Shown piece by piece: positions 9,465-19,100 of a DNA stretch of 64,000 nucleotides. The notes beneath the pieces were generated by a model. The model was not told the origin of the DNA. It searched no databases and saw only the letters and a program-made list of their open reading frames with translations. Position numbers and translations under genes: made by a program. Every line of letters starts with the position of its first letter. The stretch's first letter is position 1. The stretch is taken from NCBI RefSeq assembly GCF_044324875.1, contig NZ_CP172187.1; one strand, 5' to 3'. The stretch comes from Escherichia coli. GTDB taxonomy: Bacteria; Pseudomonadota; Gammaproteobacteria; Enterobacterales; Enterobacteriaceae.

Positions 9465-9899
9465 ATGTACGGAACATGCGAAACACTCTGCCGGGAGCTG
9501 GCAGCGCAGTATCCGGGAGACACGCCGCTGATGCTGGTTGTCTGGTCCCCGGAAGAGATTCAGGCACTGGCTGACGGTATGGAAATTTCTCTGACCGATC
9601 ATGAAATCAGGACCGTCCTGTCGCGCCTGGAGGACATCCCGGAAGACCAGCGGAGTGAATCCGGTATTTCTTCTGCCGCTGCGATGGAGATTATCAGCAA
9701 CGTGAGCGAAAACCGCCAGGTGACCGTCCCTGCTGAACTGCTGGCGTCCCTGATTCAGACCGCCGAACAGGCACTGTGGAAACGTGAATGGGCCGCCCGT
9801 GATAACGGCCTTGCCGTCCCGGAATGTGTTACCCGCCGTCAGGCAGTGATTAATCAGGCCCGCACCCTGCTGAAAAACAACACACACGAAAACAACTGA
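9465..9899 (+). CDS. hypothetical leading-region protein, paralog of the 11376-11798 product
   Basis: 144 aa; GGGGAGA RBS; shares MY..E..RE...VTVPA..L backbone with the 11376 ORF. Confidence 0.65.
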   Translation: MYGTCETLCRELAAQYPGDTPLMLVVWSPEEIQALADGMEISLTDHEIRTVLSRLEDIPEDQRSESGISSAAAMEIISNVSENRQVTVPAELLASLIQTAEQALWKREWAARDNGLAVPECVTRRQAVINQARTLLKNNTHENN

Positions 9900-10013
9900 T
9901 GTTATCGCCGCCTGCCCTCTGCCATTCAGAGACTGACCGGAACCGGGGCGGAACTGGTACTGTCCGGCAGTCAGTGGCAGTCGCTGCCGGTACTTCCGGC
10001 AGACGGAACGCAG

Positions 10014-10487
10014 GTGTCTTTCCCGTATGCCGGAGAATGGCTGACCGAAGACGAAATCAGGGCTGTTCTTGATGCGGTGCACGATGCGGTACGAAGCATC
10101 TGTTACCAGGTGGCAGAAGATACGCGGCGTATCCGTGCGGCGCTGACCACCACCGGTCAGACGTTGCTGACCCGCCAGACGCGCCGCTTTCGCCTGGTCG
10201 TGAAGGAAAGCGATCATCCCTGCTGGCTCGATGAAGATGACGAAAACCTGCCCGTAGTGCTCGATGTCATCGTGAACCGGGGCGCACGTTTTTCGGCAGT
10301 GGAAATGTACCTGGTCAGCGATTGTATTGAGCATATCCTGTCCAGTGGGCTGGCCTGCGATGTGCTGCGTATACCGGATGAACCGCCCCGCCGCTGGTTT
10401 GACCGTGGTGTTCTGCGGGAGGTGGTCCGGGAAGCCCGGACCGAAATCCGCAGCATGGCGGATGCCCTGGCAAAAATCCGTAAATGA
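10014..10487 (+). CDS. hypothetical protein; start uncertain (frame open back to the TGA at 9897-9899)
   Basis: 157 aa from GTG; same frame as the preceding ORF with only one intervening stop. Confidence 0.45.
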   Translation: MSFPYAGEWLTEDEIRAVLDAVHDAVRSICYQVAEDTRRIRAALTTTGQTLLTRQTRRFRLVVKESDHPCWLDEDDENLPVVLDVIVNRGARFSAVEMYLVSDCIEHILSSGLACDVLRIPDEPPRRWFDRGVLREVVREARTEIRSMADALAKIRK

Positions 10488-10638
10488 TGACACTGGCGGG
10501 GTAAATCCCCGCCTTTTTCCTGCCGGTCCCCGGACAGAGCACAAAGGAAGTCGCCGCCGGCTCCGCTTTACCCGGCCATGCGGGGCATGGCCTTGTGGAT
10601 TTTCAGTTATGTGGCCTCAGCGTCGTGTGCGGGCTGTG

Positions 10639-10858
10639 CCGTGCCTCCATCGTAGCCGGGCTTCTGCGGGCGGGTTGCAAGGTAAGGTGAACCGCTGCGG
10701 TCACCCGGTCCCTCCTTCCCGTCTGCCGTGATTTTCCGGTCGTTCACCCGCTCAGATTTCGCGGTCTCACCCTCCAACTCCCGCCAGCCGTGTGCGTCAG
10801 GCTGCGGCTTCCCTTGCGCCCTTGCAACCCTGCAGGCCCGGCAAAGATGGAGGCACGG
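10639..10858 (+). promoter_or_regulatory. long inverted repeat (arms ~40 nt at 10639-10682 and 10820-10858) able to form a large hairpin in ssDNA; Frpo/ssi-like candidate
   Basis: Arms read directly (CCGTGCCTCCATCGTAGCCGGGCTTCTGCGGGCGGGTTGCAAGG vs reverse complement of CCTTGCAACCCTGCAGGCCCGGCAAAGATGGAGGCACGG); just upstream of the klcA-like gene. Confidence 0.6.
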
Positions 10859-10903
10859 CACCGCCCGGTGTCGCGGAATATGTGAACAACGGAGGAAAAC
10901 ATC

Positions 10904-11329
10904 ATGCAATATGCGAAACCTGTCACTCTGAATGTTGAAGAGTGCGACCGTCTGTTTTTTCTGCCTTACCTGTTTGGCCAGGATTTTCTGTATGCCGAGG
11001 CATCTGTGTACGCGCTGGCGAAAAAAATGATGCCGGAATATGACGGCGGATTCTGGCACTTCATCCGCCTGCCGGACGGTGGCGGTTACATGATGCCGGA
11101 TGGCGACCGTTTTCATCTGGTCAACGGTGAAAACTGGTTTGACCGTACGGTCAGCGCCGATGCCGCAGGCATCATTGTGACTTCCCTTGTGATTAACCGT
11201 CAGTTGTGGCTGTACCACGACAGCGGTGATGCAGGACTGACTCACCTGTACAGGATGCGCGATGCGCAGTTGTGGAGCCACATCGAATTTCACCCCGAAT
11301 GCAATGCGATTTACGCGGCACTGGACTGA
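10904..11329 (+). CDS. klcA: KlcA/ArdB-family antirestriction-like protein
   Basis: 141 aa; GGAGG RBS; size and sequence character match KlcA/ArdB family from memory; followed by GGCGGCAATGCCGCC hairpin. Confidence 0.6.
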   Translation: MQYAKPVTLNVEECDRLFFLPYLFGQDFLYAEASVYALAKKMMPEYDGGFWHFIRLPDGGGYMMPDGDRFHLVNGENWFDRTVSADAAGIIVTSLVINRQLWLYHDSGDAGLTHLYRMRDAQLWSHIEFHPECNAIYAALD

Positions 11330-11375
11330 TTAACGGACGGGGCGGCAATGCCGCCCCTGTAAAGGAGACGAGAAC

Positions 11376-11798
11376 ATGTACTGTACTGTTAAAGAAATTA
11401 TCCGCGAAGTGCTGGATACAGACGTGCCGGACAGTGAATGCGTTTTTGCCGTGGTGCTGACCCGTGGGGATGTGCGCCACATAGCTCAGGACTGGAGTCT
11501 GGCAGACGATGAGCTGGAAACCGTCATGCAGCGGCTGGACGATGCCTTTGAGCATGGTGCGGATGTCAGCGTTGTTCACGACGTTGTTCGTGAACTGATG
11601 GAAGAAAAGCGCGCCAGCCGTCATGTGACAGTCCCGGCGATGATGCTGGAAAAAGTGATGGCGCTGGCAGGCAGTGAAATGAAGCGCCTGTATGCCGTCG
11701 GAAGTGAGAACGGGGGCGACGGTGACGCATTCGTCAGGGAGGAACGCGAAGCAATGGACGTTGTGTTACAGGCGCTGGACGGGGAGACGATGTCATGA
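11376..11798 (+). CDS. hypothetical leading-region protein, paralog of the 9465-9899 product
   Basis: 140 aa; AAGGAGA RBS; paralogy visible by eye. Confidence 0.65.
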   Translation: MYCTVKEIIREVLDTDVPDSECVFAVVLTRGDVRHIAQDWSLADDELETVMQRLDDAFEHGADVSVVHDVVRELMEEKRASRHVTVPAMMLEKVMALAGSEMKRLYAVGSENGGDGDAFVREEREAMDVVLQALDGETMS

Positions 11799-11986
11799 AT
11801 ATCAGCACAGAAACCCGCGAAATTCTGCGTAATTACAGGGCCGTGATTAATGCGCGGCGTCGTGAAATGGGGCAGAAACCGCTCACCACCGCGCAGATTG
11901 TTGATGAAATCTGCGATTTTGTGGCGAATCAGCAGGCGGTTTTCCTGGGCGGTCACTACATCTTACAGGGCAGCAGAAACAGGTGA
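11795..11986 (+). CDS. hypothetical small protein (63 aa)
   Basis: ATGA overlap with upstream gene. Confidence 0.4.
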   Translation: MNISTETREILRNYRAVINARRREMGQKPLTTAQIVDEICDFVANQQAVFLGGHYILQGSRNR

Positions 11987-12178
11987 TACAGGGGCAGGCG
12001 GTGGAGGCCGCCTGTCAGCCCGCGCGAAAACCCCTGGCAGGCTGACGCCTGCCGGAAGGGAAGCGGGCCACGCTGGCGCGTCGCCCGTTACCCTTCCCGT
12101 CTGTGATGTGTCTGACTCAGGAGTGTTTCTTTCTTATGTTGCGGAACTGTTCCTGATGTTGTTGTTGTTCCTTTATCT

Positions 12179-12788
12179 GCTGCTCTGATTCTGACTACTG
12201 CAGTGTTGTTCTGTCTGCCGGGCGCACCTTCGGCTCCCGGCTGCCTGGCGGCATCCGGTCGTCAGGCCCGACTCCGACAGGCAGCTGCTGGCGCACCTGC
12301 CAGTCTCCGCCGAACCCGCTGGCGCGGCTTCGGGCTGCCGCTACGGTCCGATGCGTGAAAACCCCGGGCTTGCAGCGACCGTTCTGGTCGCGCCGCCTCT
12401 GTCGCGCCGTGGCCTGCGCTCCAGGCATCCCGGCAAAAAGACGCCGGGATGTAAGGCGCAACGCCGTTTCGCAAACCGCGCTTCACGTCGTTGCTGCGGG
12501 TCCCTGCTCATTGCCTGCCGGGTGCCACACACCCGTATGAGTCCCTGTCGCCGGGGGCATAGACAGCCACAACCTGCCGCACTGACTGTCCAGGGTAAAT
12601 GAACAGCCCACAAAATTTTTTACCCAAAACCCGGTAAAAAATTTTGCGTTCTGCCCAGGACAGGTGCGTCAGGCCGTGGCAGTGATGCCCCTTGCGGCGA
12701 AGGTTCTCAAACGGGTGAAGTTCATACCACAGGGAATACAGCAGCAGGTTCCCGCGAAACGTCAAAACCGCGGCTCCCGAAACTCAAC
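12179..12788 (+). repeat. leading-region repeat family B, copy 1 (~610 bp, GC-rich, internal palindromes); Frpo/ssi-like
   Basis: Three near-identical direct copies (12179-12788, 15536-16167, 23600-24229); contains hairpins such as CATCCCGGC-AAAAAGAC-GCCGGGATG. Confidence 0.85.
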
Positions 12789-13027
12789 GGGTGATGTTCT
12801 TTAAAAATCAGGATTTATTTCAGGCTCCGGCAATACGCATTTATGTGTTCTGTCAGTCATCCGGCTGGCAGGTAATGAGAACGCAGGAACAGAAGGAGGA
12901 AAACACCGGAGAACGTCAGACGCAGATATGAAAAAAGCAGGCCGGGGAGGACCTGCTTAATCCACACCGCAAAAACTGTTCGAGCAGTTTCTGCGGTTCC
13001 ATTCAACAGTCATAAGGAGTTTCATTT

Positions 13028-13258
13028 ATGACGGTAAGTATTGTTTCACCTTCCGCAGCGGCTGTAAAGCCCCGCCGTCATCCCCGTTTCAGACGCGAAG
13101 ACATCCCCGCGCCGGAAATTGACCCCGTGCTGAAAGCCTTCGGGCGACACATAGCCCGGAGTTTTCACCGGGGGCGTGGTGTACACATCCCCGCCATGAA
13201 AAACACGGCCTTCGGGCAGGTGCTCCGCACACTCGAACTGAAACGCGCTTTTAACTGA
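13028..13258 (+). CDS. hypothetical basic small protein (76 aa)
   Basis: AAGGAG RBS; first ORF after repeat B1. Confidence 0.45.
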   Translation: MTVSIVSPSAAAVKPRRHPRFRREDIPAPEIDPVLKAFGRHIARSFHRGRGVHIPAMKNTAFGQVLRTLELKRAFN

Positions 13259-13309
13259 TGAGGTGAGCCGCCCCGCGAGGGGCGGCAACAGATGGAAGGA
13301 GAACATTTT

Positions 13310-14671
13310 ATGACATTAGCAGCAATCACCATGACCGCCCCGGAAGCCGCCAACCCTGTGCAGATGTACCGCGCGACCTACTCACCGGATGACAACAAAC
13401 TGCGCCTGTATGCCGCGTCACGTCTTGACCCGGAGACGTATAAAAAAGTGCATGATGCCGGTTTTCGCTGGGCACCCAAACAGGCGCTGTTTGTCGCGCC
13501 AGCCTGGACACCGGGCCGGGAAGACGTGCTCCTCTCACTTGCCGGAGAGATTGAGGATGAAGACAGCACGCTCGCTGAACGTCAGGAAGCACGGGCGGAG
13601 CGGTTTACCGGATACAGCGGAAAGCGGGCCAGTGAATCCGCACAGGCACTTGATGAAGTGGAAAGACTGGCCGCGATGATCCCGCCCGGTCAGCCCATTC
13701 TTGTGGGGCATCACAGCGAACGCCGCGCCCGTCGTGATGCGCAGCGTATTGAAAACGGCATGAAACGTGCCGTGATGCTCTTTGAGCGTGCGGAATACTG
13801 GGAGGAGCGGGCGCGGTCGGCACTGCTTCACGCGAAGTATAAAGAACGCCCGGACGTTCGCTGGCGTCGTATCAAAAAAATCGAAGCGGATTTGCGCAAG
13901 GCTGAAAAGACCATCGCGCAGTCGCAGAAATATCTGACGATGTGGCGGGCTGAATCGCTGGATCTGAATATGGCAAAACTCATCAGCAGTCATGACCATA
14001 TCAGCGCCTGTTTCCCGCTGGACAGGTATCCGCGCCCGGCAGAAAAAAGCCAGTATGAAGGAAGTCGATCGTTATGGTCGGCCCTGGATGATGACATCAT
14101 CACCACGGAGCAGGCCCGCGAAATTGCGATCCGCTGTCATGAACGGCAGATTCAGCATCAACAACGCTGGGTTAACCACTATCATAACCGCCTGATCTAT
14201 GAGCGTGCCATGCTGGACGAAAGCGGCGGCGTGGTTACCCGGACACAGGATTTTGAGCCGGGCGGACAGGTTTTCAGCCGGGGCGAGTGGCTGACCATCA
14301 TCCGCGTGAACAAAAGCAACGGGGCGGTGAGTTCAGTCACAACGCCGAATTACAGTTTTCTCGGGTACAGCGGCACGATGAAAGTGACACCCGATCGCAT
14401 CACGGACTACAAAGCACCATCGGCAGAAGAGGCTGCCGTCGCCAGTCAGGCCGCGAAGCGTCCGCCGGTAGTCAACTATCCGGGGGAAGGTTTCCGGGAA
14501 ATGACAAAGGCGCAGTGGGCCGCCCTGCCCCGGGACTGTAAGGCCGTGCGCAGTGTGGCAGAGACAGAAGACCACGGGGCATACCGCTACCGCCGCACAA
14601 TGGACAATAATTTCCGCCTGGTGAATGTGTATATCACTGACATGAAAATCACGGAAATCCCACAGAAATAA
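13310..14671 (+). CDS. hypothetical leading-region protein (453 aa, coiled-coil-rich middle)
   Basis: Start at ATG after GGAAGGAGA RBS (MTLAAITMTAP...); no family recognised. Confidence 0.7.
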   Translation: MTLAAITMTAPEAANPVQMYRATYSPDDNKLRLYAASRLDPETYKKVHDAGFRWAPKQALFVAPAWTPGREDVLLSLAGEIEDEDSTLAERQEARAERFTGYSGKRASESAQALDEVERLAAMIPPGQPILVGHHSERRARRDAQRIENGMKRAVMLFERAEYWEERARSALLHAKYKERPDVRWRRIKKIEADLRKAEKTIAQSQKYLTMWRAESLDLNMAKLISSHDHISACFPLDRYPRPAEKSQYEGSRSLWSALDDDIITTEQAREIAIRCHERQIQHQQRWVNHYHNRLIYERAMLDESGGVVTRTQDFEPGGQVFSRGEWLTIIRVNKSNGAVSSVTTPNYSFLGYSGTMKVTPDRITDYKAPSAEEAAVASQAAKRPPVVNYPGEGFREMTKAQWAALPRDCKAVRSVAETEDHGAYRYRRTMDNNFRLVNVYITDMKITEIPQK

Positions 14672-14717
14672 GGTATATCCCCCCGGGAAATCCCCGGGGG
14701 ATGACGGAGATAATGAC

Positions 14718-15281
14718 ATGCACAGTCAGTTAAGAGAACGTATCCGGCTGATGCGCGCAAGGCTGGATAACGCCGCGCCGGTTGCTGAAATCCGGGCTGA
14801 ATCTCAGCTTTTTGTGACTCCTGCCCCGGTCTGTGATCGCCTGGTGACGCTGGCGGAAATCAGCAACCGTGATCACATTCTGGAACCCTCTGCCGGCACC
14901 GGGGCCATACTGCTGGCGATTCGGGATACCGCGCCGGAGGCCATGTGTGATGCGGTGGAGATTAACAGCGGGCTGGTCCGGTATCTGCGGGAAAATTTTA
15001 ACGGTGTCAGGGTACAGTGTGGCGACTTCATGGAATGGCAGCCGGTGCAGTATTACAGCCGGATCATTATGAATCCGCCGTTCAGTCACGGGCAGGATAT
15101 CCGGCATATCCTGCGGGCTTTTTCCCTGTTGCGTCCGGGGGGCGTTCTGGTTGCCGTCTGTCTCAACGGGCCGCGCCAGCAGGAGAAGCTGTTACCGTTT
15201 TCTGACGTCCGCGAGGAGCTGCCGCGCGGCACGTTTGCTTATACCGATGTCCCGACGATGATTATTCGTTTGCGTGCCTGA
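14718..15281 (+). CDS. small SAM-dependent methyltransferase-like protein (motif I EPSAGTGAI, motif IV NPPF), no obvious target-recognition domain
   Basis: 187 aa; N6-adenine MTase-type motifs read in the ORF; GGAGA RBS. Confidence 0.7.
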   Translation: MHSQLRERIRLMRARLDNAAPVAEIRAESQLFVTPAPVCDRLVTLAEISNRDHILEPSAGTGAILLAIRDTAPEAMCDAVEINSGLVRYLRENFNGVRVQCGDFMEWQPVQYYSRIIMNPPFSHGQDIRHILRAFSLLRPGGVLVAVCLNGPRQQEKLLPFSDVREELPRGTFAYTDVPTMIIRLRA

Positions 15282-15460
15282 TGACACAGGGCTGGCGGGA
15301 GGATAAATGCCCGTCTGTCCGCGCCGGGAAAAGACCGCGCGCCGGTGGCGCTGAAAGGGGCCGCGCTCACGCGCCGCCCCTTTCATTACGCGGACGTTCT
15401 GATGGGGGCTTCTGTCTTTTCAGACCTGTCATTTGTCTGTTACTGATGATGTTGTTGTTC

Positions 15461-15525
15461 CTGCTACTGCTACTGCTACTGCTACTGCTACTGCTACTGC
15501 TACTGCTACTGCTACTGCTACTGCT
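15461..15525. repeat. hexanucleotide tandem repeat (CTGCTA)n, ~11 copies
   Basis: Read directly; absent at the equivalent position of repeat copies B1 and B3. Confidence 0.9.
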
Positions 15526-15535
15526 CTTCTTTTTC

Positions 15536-16167
15536 CTGCTGCTCTGATTCTGACTACTGCAGTGTTGTTCTGTCTGCCGGGCGCACCTTCGGCTCCCGGC
15601 TGCCTGGCGGCATCCGGTCGTCAGGCCCGACTCCGACAGGCAGCTGCTGGCGCACCTGCCAGTCTCCGCCGAACCCGCTGGCGCGGTTTCGGGCTGCCGC
15701 TACGGTCCGATGCGTGAAAACCCGGCTTGCAGCGACCGTTCCGGTCGCGCCGCCCCTGTCGCGCCGTGACCTGCGCTCCAGGCATCCCGGCAAAAAGACG
15801 CCGGGATGTAAGGCGCAACGCCGTTTCGCAAACCGCGCTTCACGTCGTTGCGGCGGGTCCCTGCCCGTTGTTGTGTCCGGTGCCATTCACCTGTTTAAGC
15901 CCCTGTCGCCGGGGGCTGATACAGCCACAACCTGCCGCACTGACTGTCCAGGGTAAATGAACAGCCCACAAAATTTTTTACCCAAAACCCGGTAAAAAAT
16001 TTTGCGTTCTGCCCAGGACAGGTGCGTCAGGCCGTGGCAGTGATGCCCCATGCGGCGAAGGTTCTCAAACAGGTGATGGTGAATACCGGAGGGAACAAAG
16101 AGCAGGTCCCCGCAAAACGTCAAAACCGCGGCTCCCGAAACTCAACAGATGATGGGGGCTGAAAACA
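15536..16167 (+). repeat. leading-region repeat family B, copy 2 (immediately upstream of ssb)
   Basis: Near-identical to copies at 12179 and 23600. Confidence 0.85.
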
Positions 16168-16187
16168 TCAACAGAAGGAGACACATC

Positions 16188-19100
16188 ATGGCAGTTCGTG
16201 GCATTAACAAGGTCATTCTTGTCGGTGTGCGCCGTTGAAGCGCGGTGTTTTATGGAGTGTTGCCTGAAAAGCAACATGGCTTAGTGGTATAGCCATTGCA
16301 TACTGTGGTTAGCCTTGCTTGGTAACAGGCTCGGAGATCCTGAAAAGGAGAGGTGAACATAGCATCCACAGAAAAGGGTGGTGAATATGGAAATCGTTAT
16401 AAGTATCACCATTCAATGCAAGATGTATATGGATAAACTGGGTTTGTTGAAGTCGAGATCTATGTGGGAAACAGGAAACCAATAACGCAGAACGATTGAA
16501 GCGTTATTCCCGTACTAGCACAAGAAATCCGTCCGACGTTGATTGTGACCACTCTAACGGGCCAGCTATTGATGAAATAGTTAAACGATCGAAAGACATC
16601 CTAAGTACATCGCATCTCCACACCGTGAAACTACGGGACTACCTAAACTGGATTTATACCCAGCATGGTAGCGGAGTCTCCATAGTACTCAAGGTCGGCC
16701 TGTAATGGGTTCCGGCAGTCCGCATTATACGGAAGCAGCAAAGGTATAAATCAACCGGAAGGAAGATGAAAGCCTCACAGTGCTGCGGGGAAGGGAGACA
16801 GTTGTTAGATACATCAATCTCTAAGAGGAGGGTTAGCCAATGCTGCCTGATGAACTTGAGAAAAGATTAGATGGAATTGAGGATGCTTCAAAAAAAGGGT
16901 ATCCAGTACGTAATCTATACAAAATTGCGTGTGAGCCCGGACTGTGGCTGCAAGCCTACGTGAATATACGGGCCAATGCAGGTGCACTGACTCAAGGTGT
17001 ATCAACAGATACCATTGATGGCTTTTCTATCGAAAGAGCAGAGAAGCTGGCAAAAACATTGCGGAGTAGAGAATACGTAGCGAAACCTGTACGCAGAGTT
17101 CAGATCCCAAAAAAGGACGGAAAAACCAGACCGCTGGGGATTCCAGGTGGAGACGATAAACTGGCGCAAGAAGTAGCAAGAATTATTCTGGAAAGGGTTT
17201 ATGAACCAGTATTCTCTGAACACTCTCATGGATTCAGACCAAAACGTTCGTGTGAAACTGCGCTCAGATCTATTCGTCCAGTCTGGAACGGAGTTAAATG
17301 GATCGTGGATGTTGATATCAAAGGTTTCTTTGACAATATCCCCCACAAACTATTGCTGAATACACTGGCAGAGAAAATTAAGGATAAGAATTTCCTGAAA
17401 TTAATCGAACAGTGGCTGAAGGCAGGATATGTGGACAATTGGAAATACCATCGCTCATATTCTGGCACGCCACAAGGTGGGATAATTTCTCCCTTACTGG
17501 CAAATATATACCTCGACAAACTGGACCGTTTTGTAGAACAGAATTTAATTCCTGCATATACAAGCGGTACAAAACGAAGAGCGAATCCAGATATGAACAG
17601 GCTGGCCCATAAGATTCATAAACTACGAAAGAAAGTAGACGGTATGGCAACTGATTCTGAATCAGAAAAAGAAGCCATAAAGAAAGAAATTGAACGACTG
17701 CTTGAAGAAAAACGTTCTATACCATCTCAGGTCATGAACGATCCAAACTTCAGGCGTATGTACTATGTTCGATATGCTGATGACTTCGTAATCGGTGTCA
17801 TCGGCTCGAAGAAAGATGCTGAACATATATCAAGACAGGTCAGAAACTTTATTACTACTTCACTGGGATTGGAAGTTAATGAAGCAAAGACCAGGATCCG
17901 CCATATCTCAGAAGGAGTTAATTTTTTAGGCTATGAAATCAGACAGGCAGATGCAAAGAAATTGCTGAAGCAGAAAATGCAAGGGCGGCACGCTCTCCGG
18001 AGATCCACCACAGGAATTGTGCAGCTCTTCGTTCCTGACAATATAGCCGCTAAATTTTGTCACCAAAAGAAATATGGCTGTTATGAGAATGTGAAGGCTG
18101 TACATCGTTCAAGTCTACAAAATCTCAGTGAAGCTGAAATTGTTCTGACTTTCAACGCGGAAATGCGCGGATTGGCGAACTACTACAGTCTGGCGCTGGA
18201 CATGAAATATAAATTATCAAAATTATATTTCATATGGCAAATAAGCCTTTTTAAGACCCTGGCGAATAAACGACGTAGTTCAGTGAATAAAGTCGCCAAA
18301 TCGCTACGGCAAAATAATGGAGATCTGGCTATTACCGTTCAGGCCAAAAATGGATCCCGAAAGATTGAGGTTTTCAAACTCAAACATGTCAATCGCAACC
18401 GAACAACGATTGTCGATACGGAACCGAGAACCGCACATATCACAACCCGCACAACAGAGATCATGCGTCGATTAGGGGCAAGGATCTGCGAGTATTGTGC
18501 GAAGACTGGGCGCTGCGAAGTACATCATGTCAGAAAGCTAAAAGACCTGAAGAAAGGTCGTAAGGCCGGATATAAACCCAGCTTGTGGCAACTAATGATG
18601 ATCGCACGCCGCCGGAAAACGATGATTTTGTGCGCAAGTTGCCACGACAAGTTACATAGCGGAAAACTACCCGATTTGAGACAGGAAAAGGGAAGAATAC
18701 TCCTGCAACCACCTGTCTCAAGCGGGGATTCTGCTAAATGAGTTTATCCCCAATAAGCTAGCAATGGAGAGCCGTATGCACTGAAAGGTGCACGTACGGT
18801 TCGGAGGGGGGGTAACGGTGATCTAACTCAAGATAAGCAGGACATATTCGCCATTTATCTTGAAAGACCACACGTACCCTACCCTACCGTCTGGGAAAAG
18901 ATCCGGAAGTCCGTTACATCCCAAACGGGGGCGCAGTGGCAAACCTGCAGGTGGCCACGTCAGAAAGCTGGCGCGACAAACAGACGGGGGAGATACGGGA
19001 GCAGACAGAATGGCATCGCGTGGTGCTGTTCGGCAAGCTCGCGGAAGTGGCTGGTGAGTATCTGCGCAAGGGCGCGCAGGTCTACATCGAAGGTCAGCTT

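Noticed and set aside
9072-10544. 490-aa ORF on the minus strand spanning the leading-region gene cluster
   Set aside because: Antisense to plus-strand genes that have RBS-supported starts and paralogs; GC-rich DNA readily gives long spurious antisense frames; product is low-complexity.
10607-11293. 228-aa minus-strand ORF overlapping the klcA-like gene and the upstream hairpin
   Set aside because: Antisense to a well-supported gene and to a structured non-coding element; no RBS.
12351-12602. Small ORFs inside the family B repeats (also 15714-15956 and 23775-24023, on both strands)
   Set aside because: They recur only because the DNA repeat recurs, lack RBSs, and the region is better explained as structured ssDNA element.
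15281-15547. ORF encoding a poly-Leu tract
   Set aside because: Artefact of translating the (CTGCTA)n microsatellite.
16840-18741. Reverse transcriptase considered as retron or diversity-generating retroelement
   Set aside because: GTGCG 5' end, canonical domain V hairpin, maturase and HNH domains, and insertion inside ssb all indicate a group II intron.
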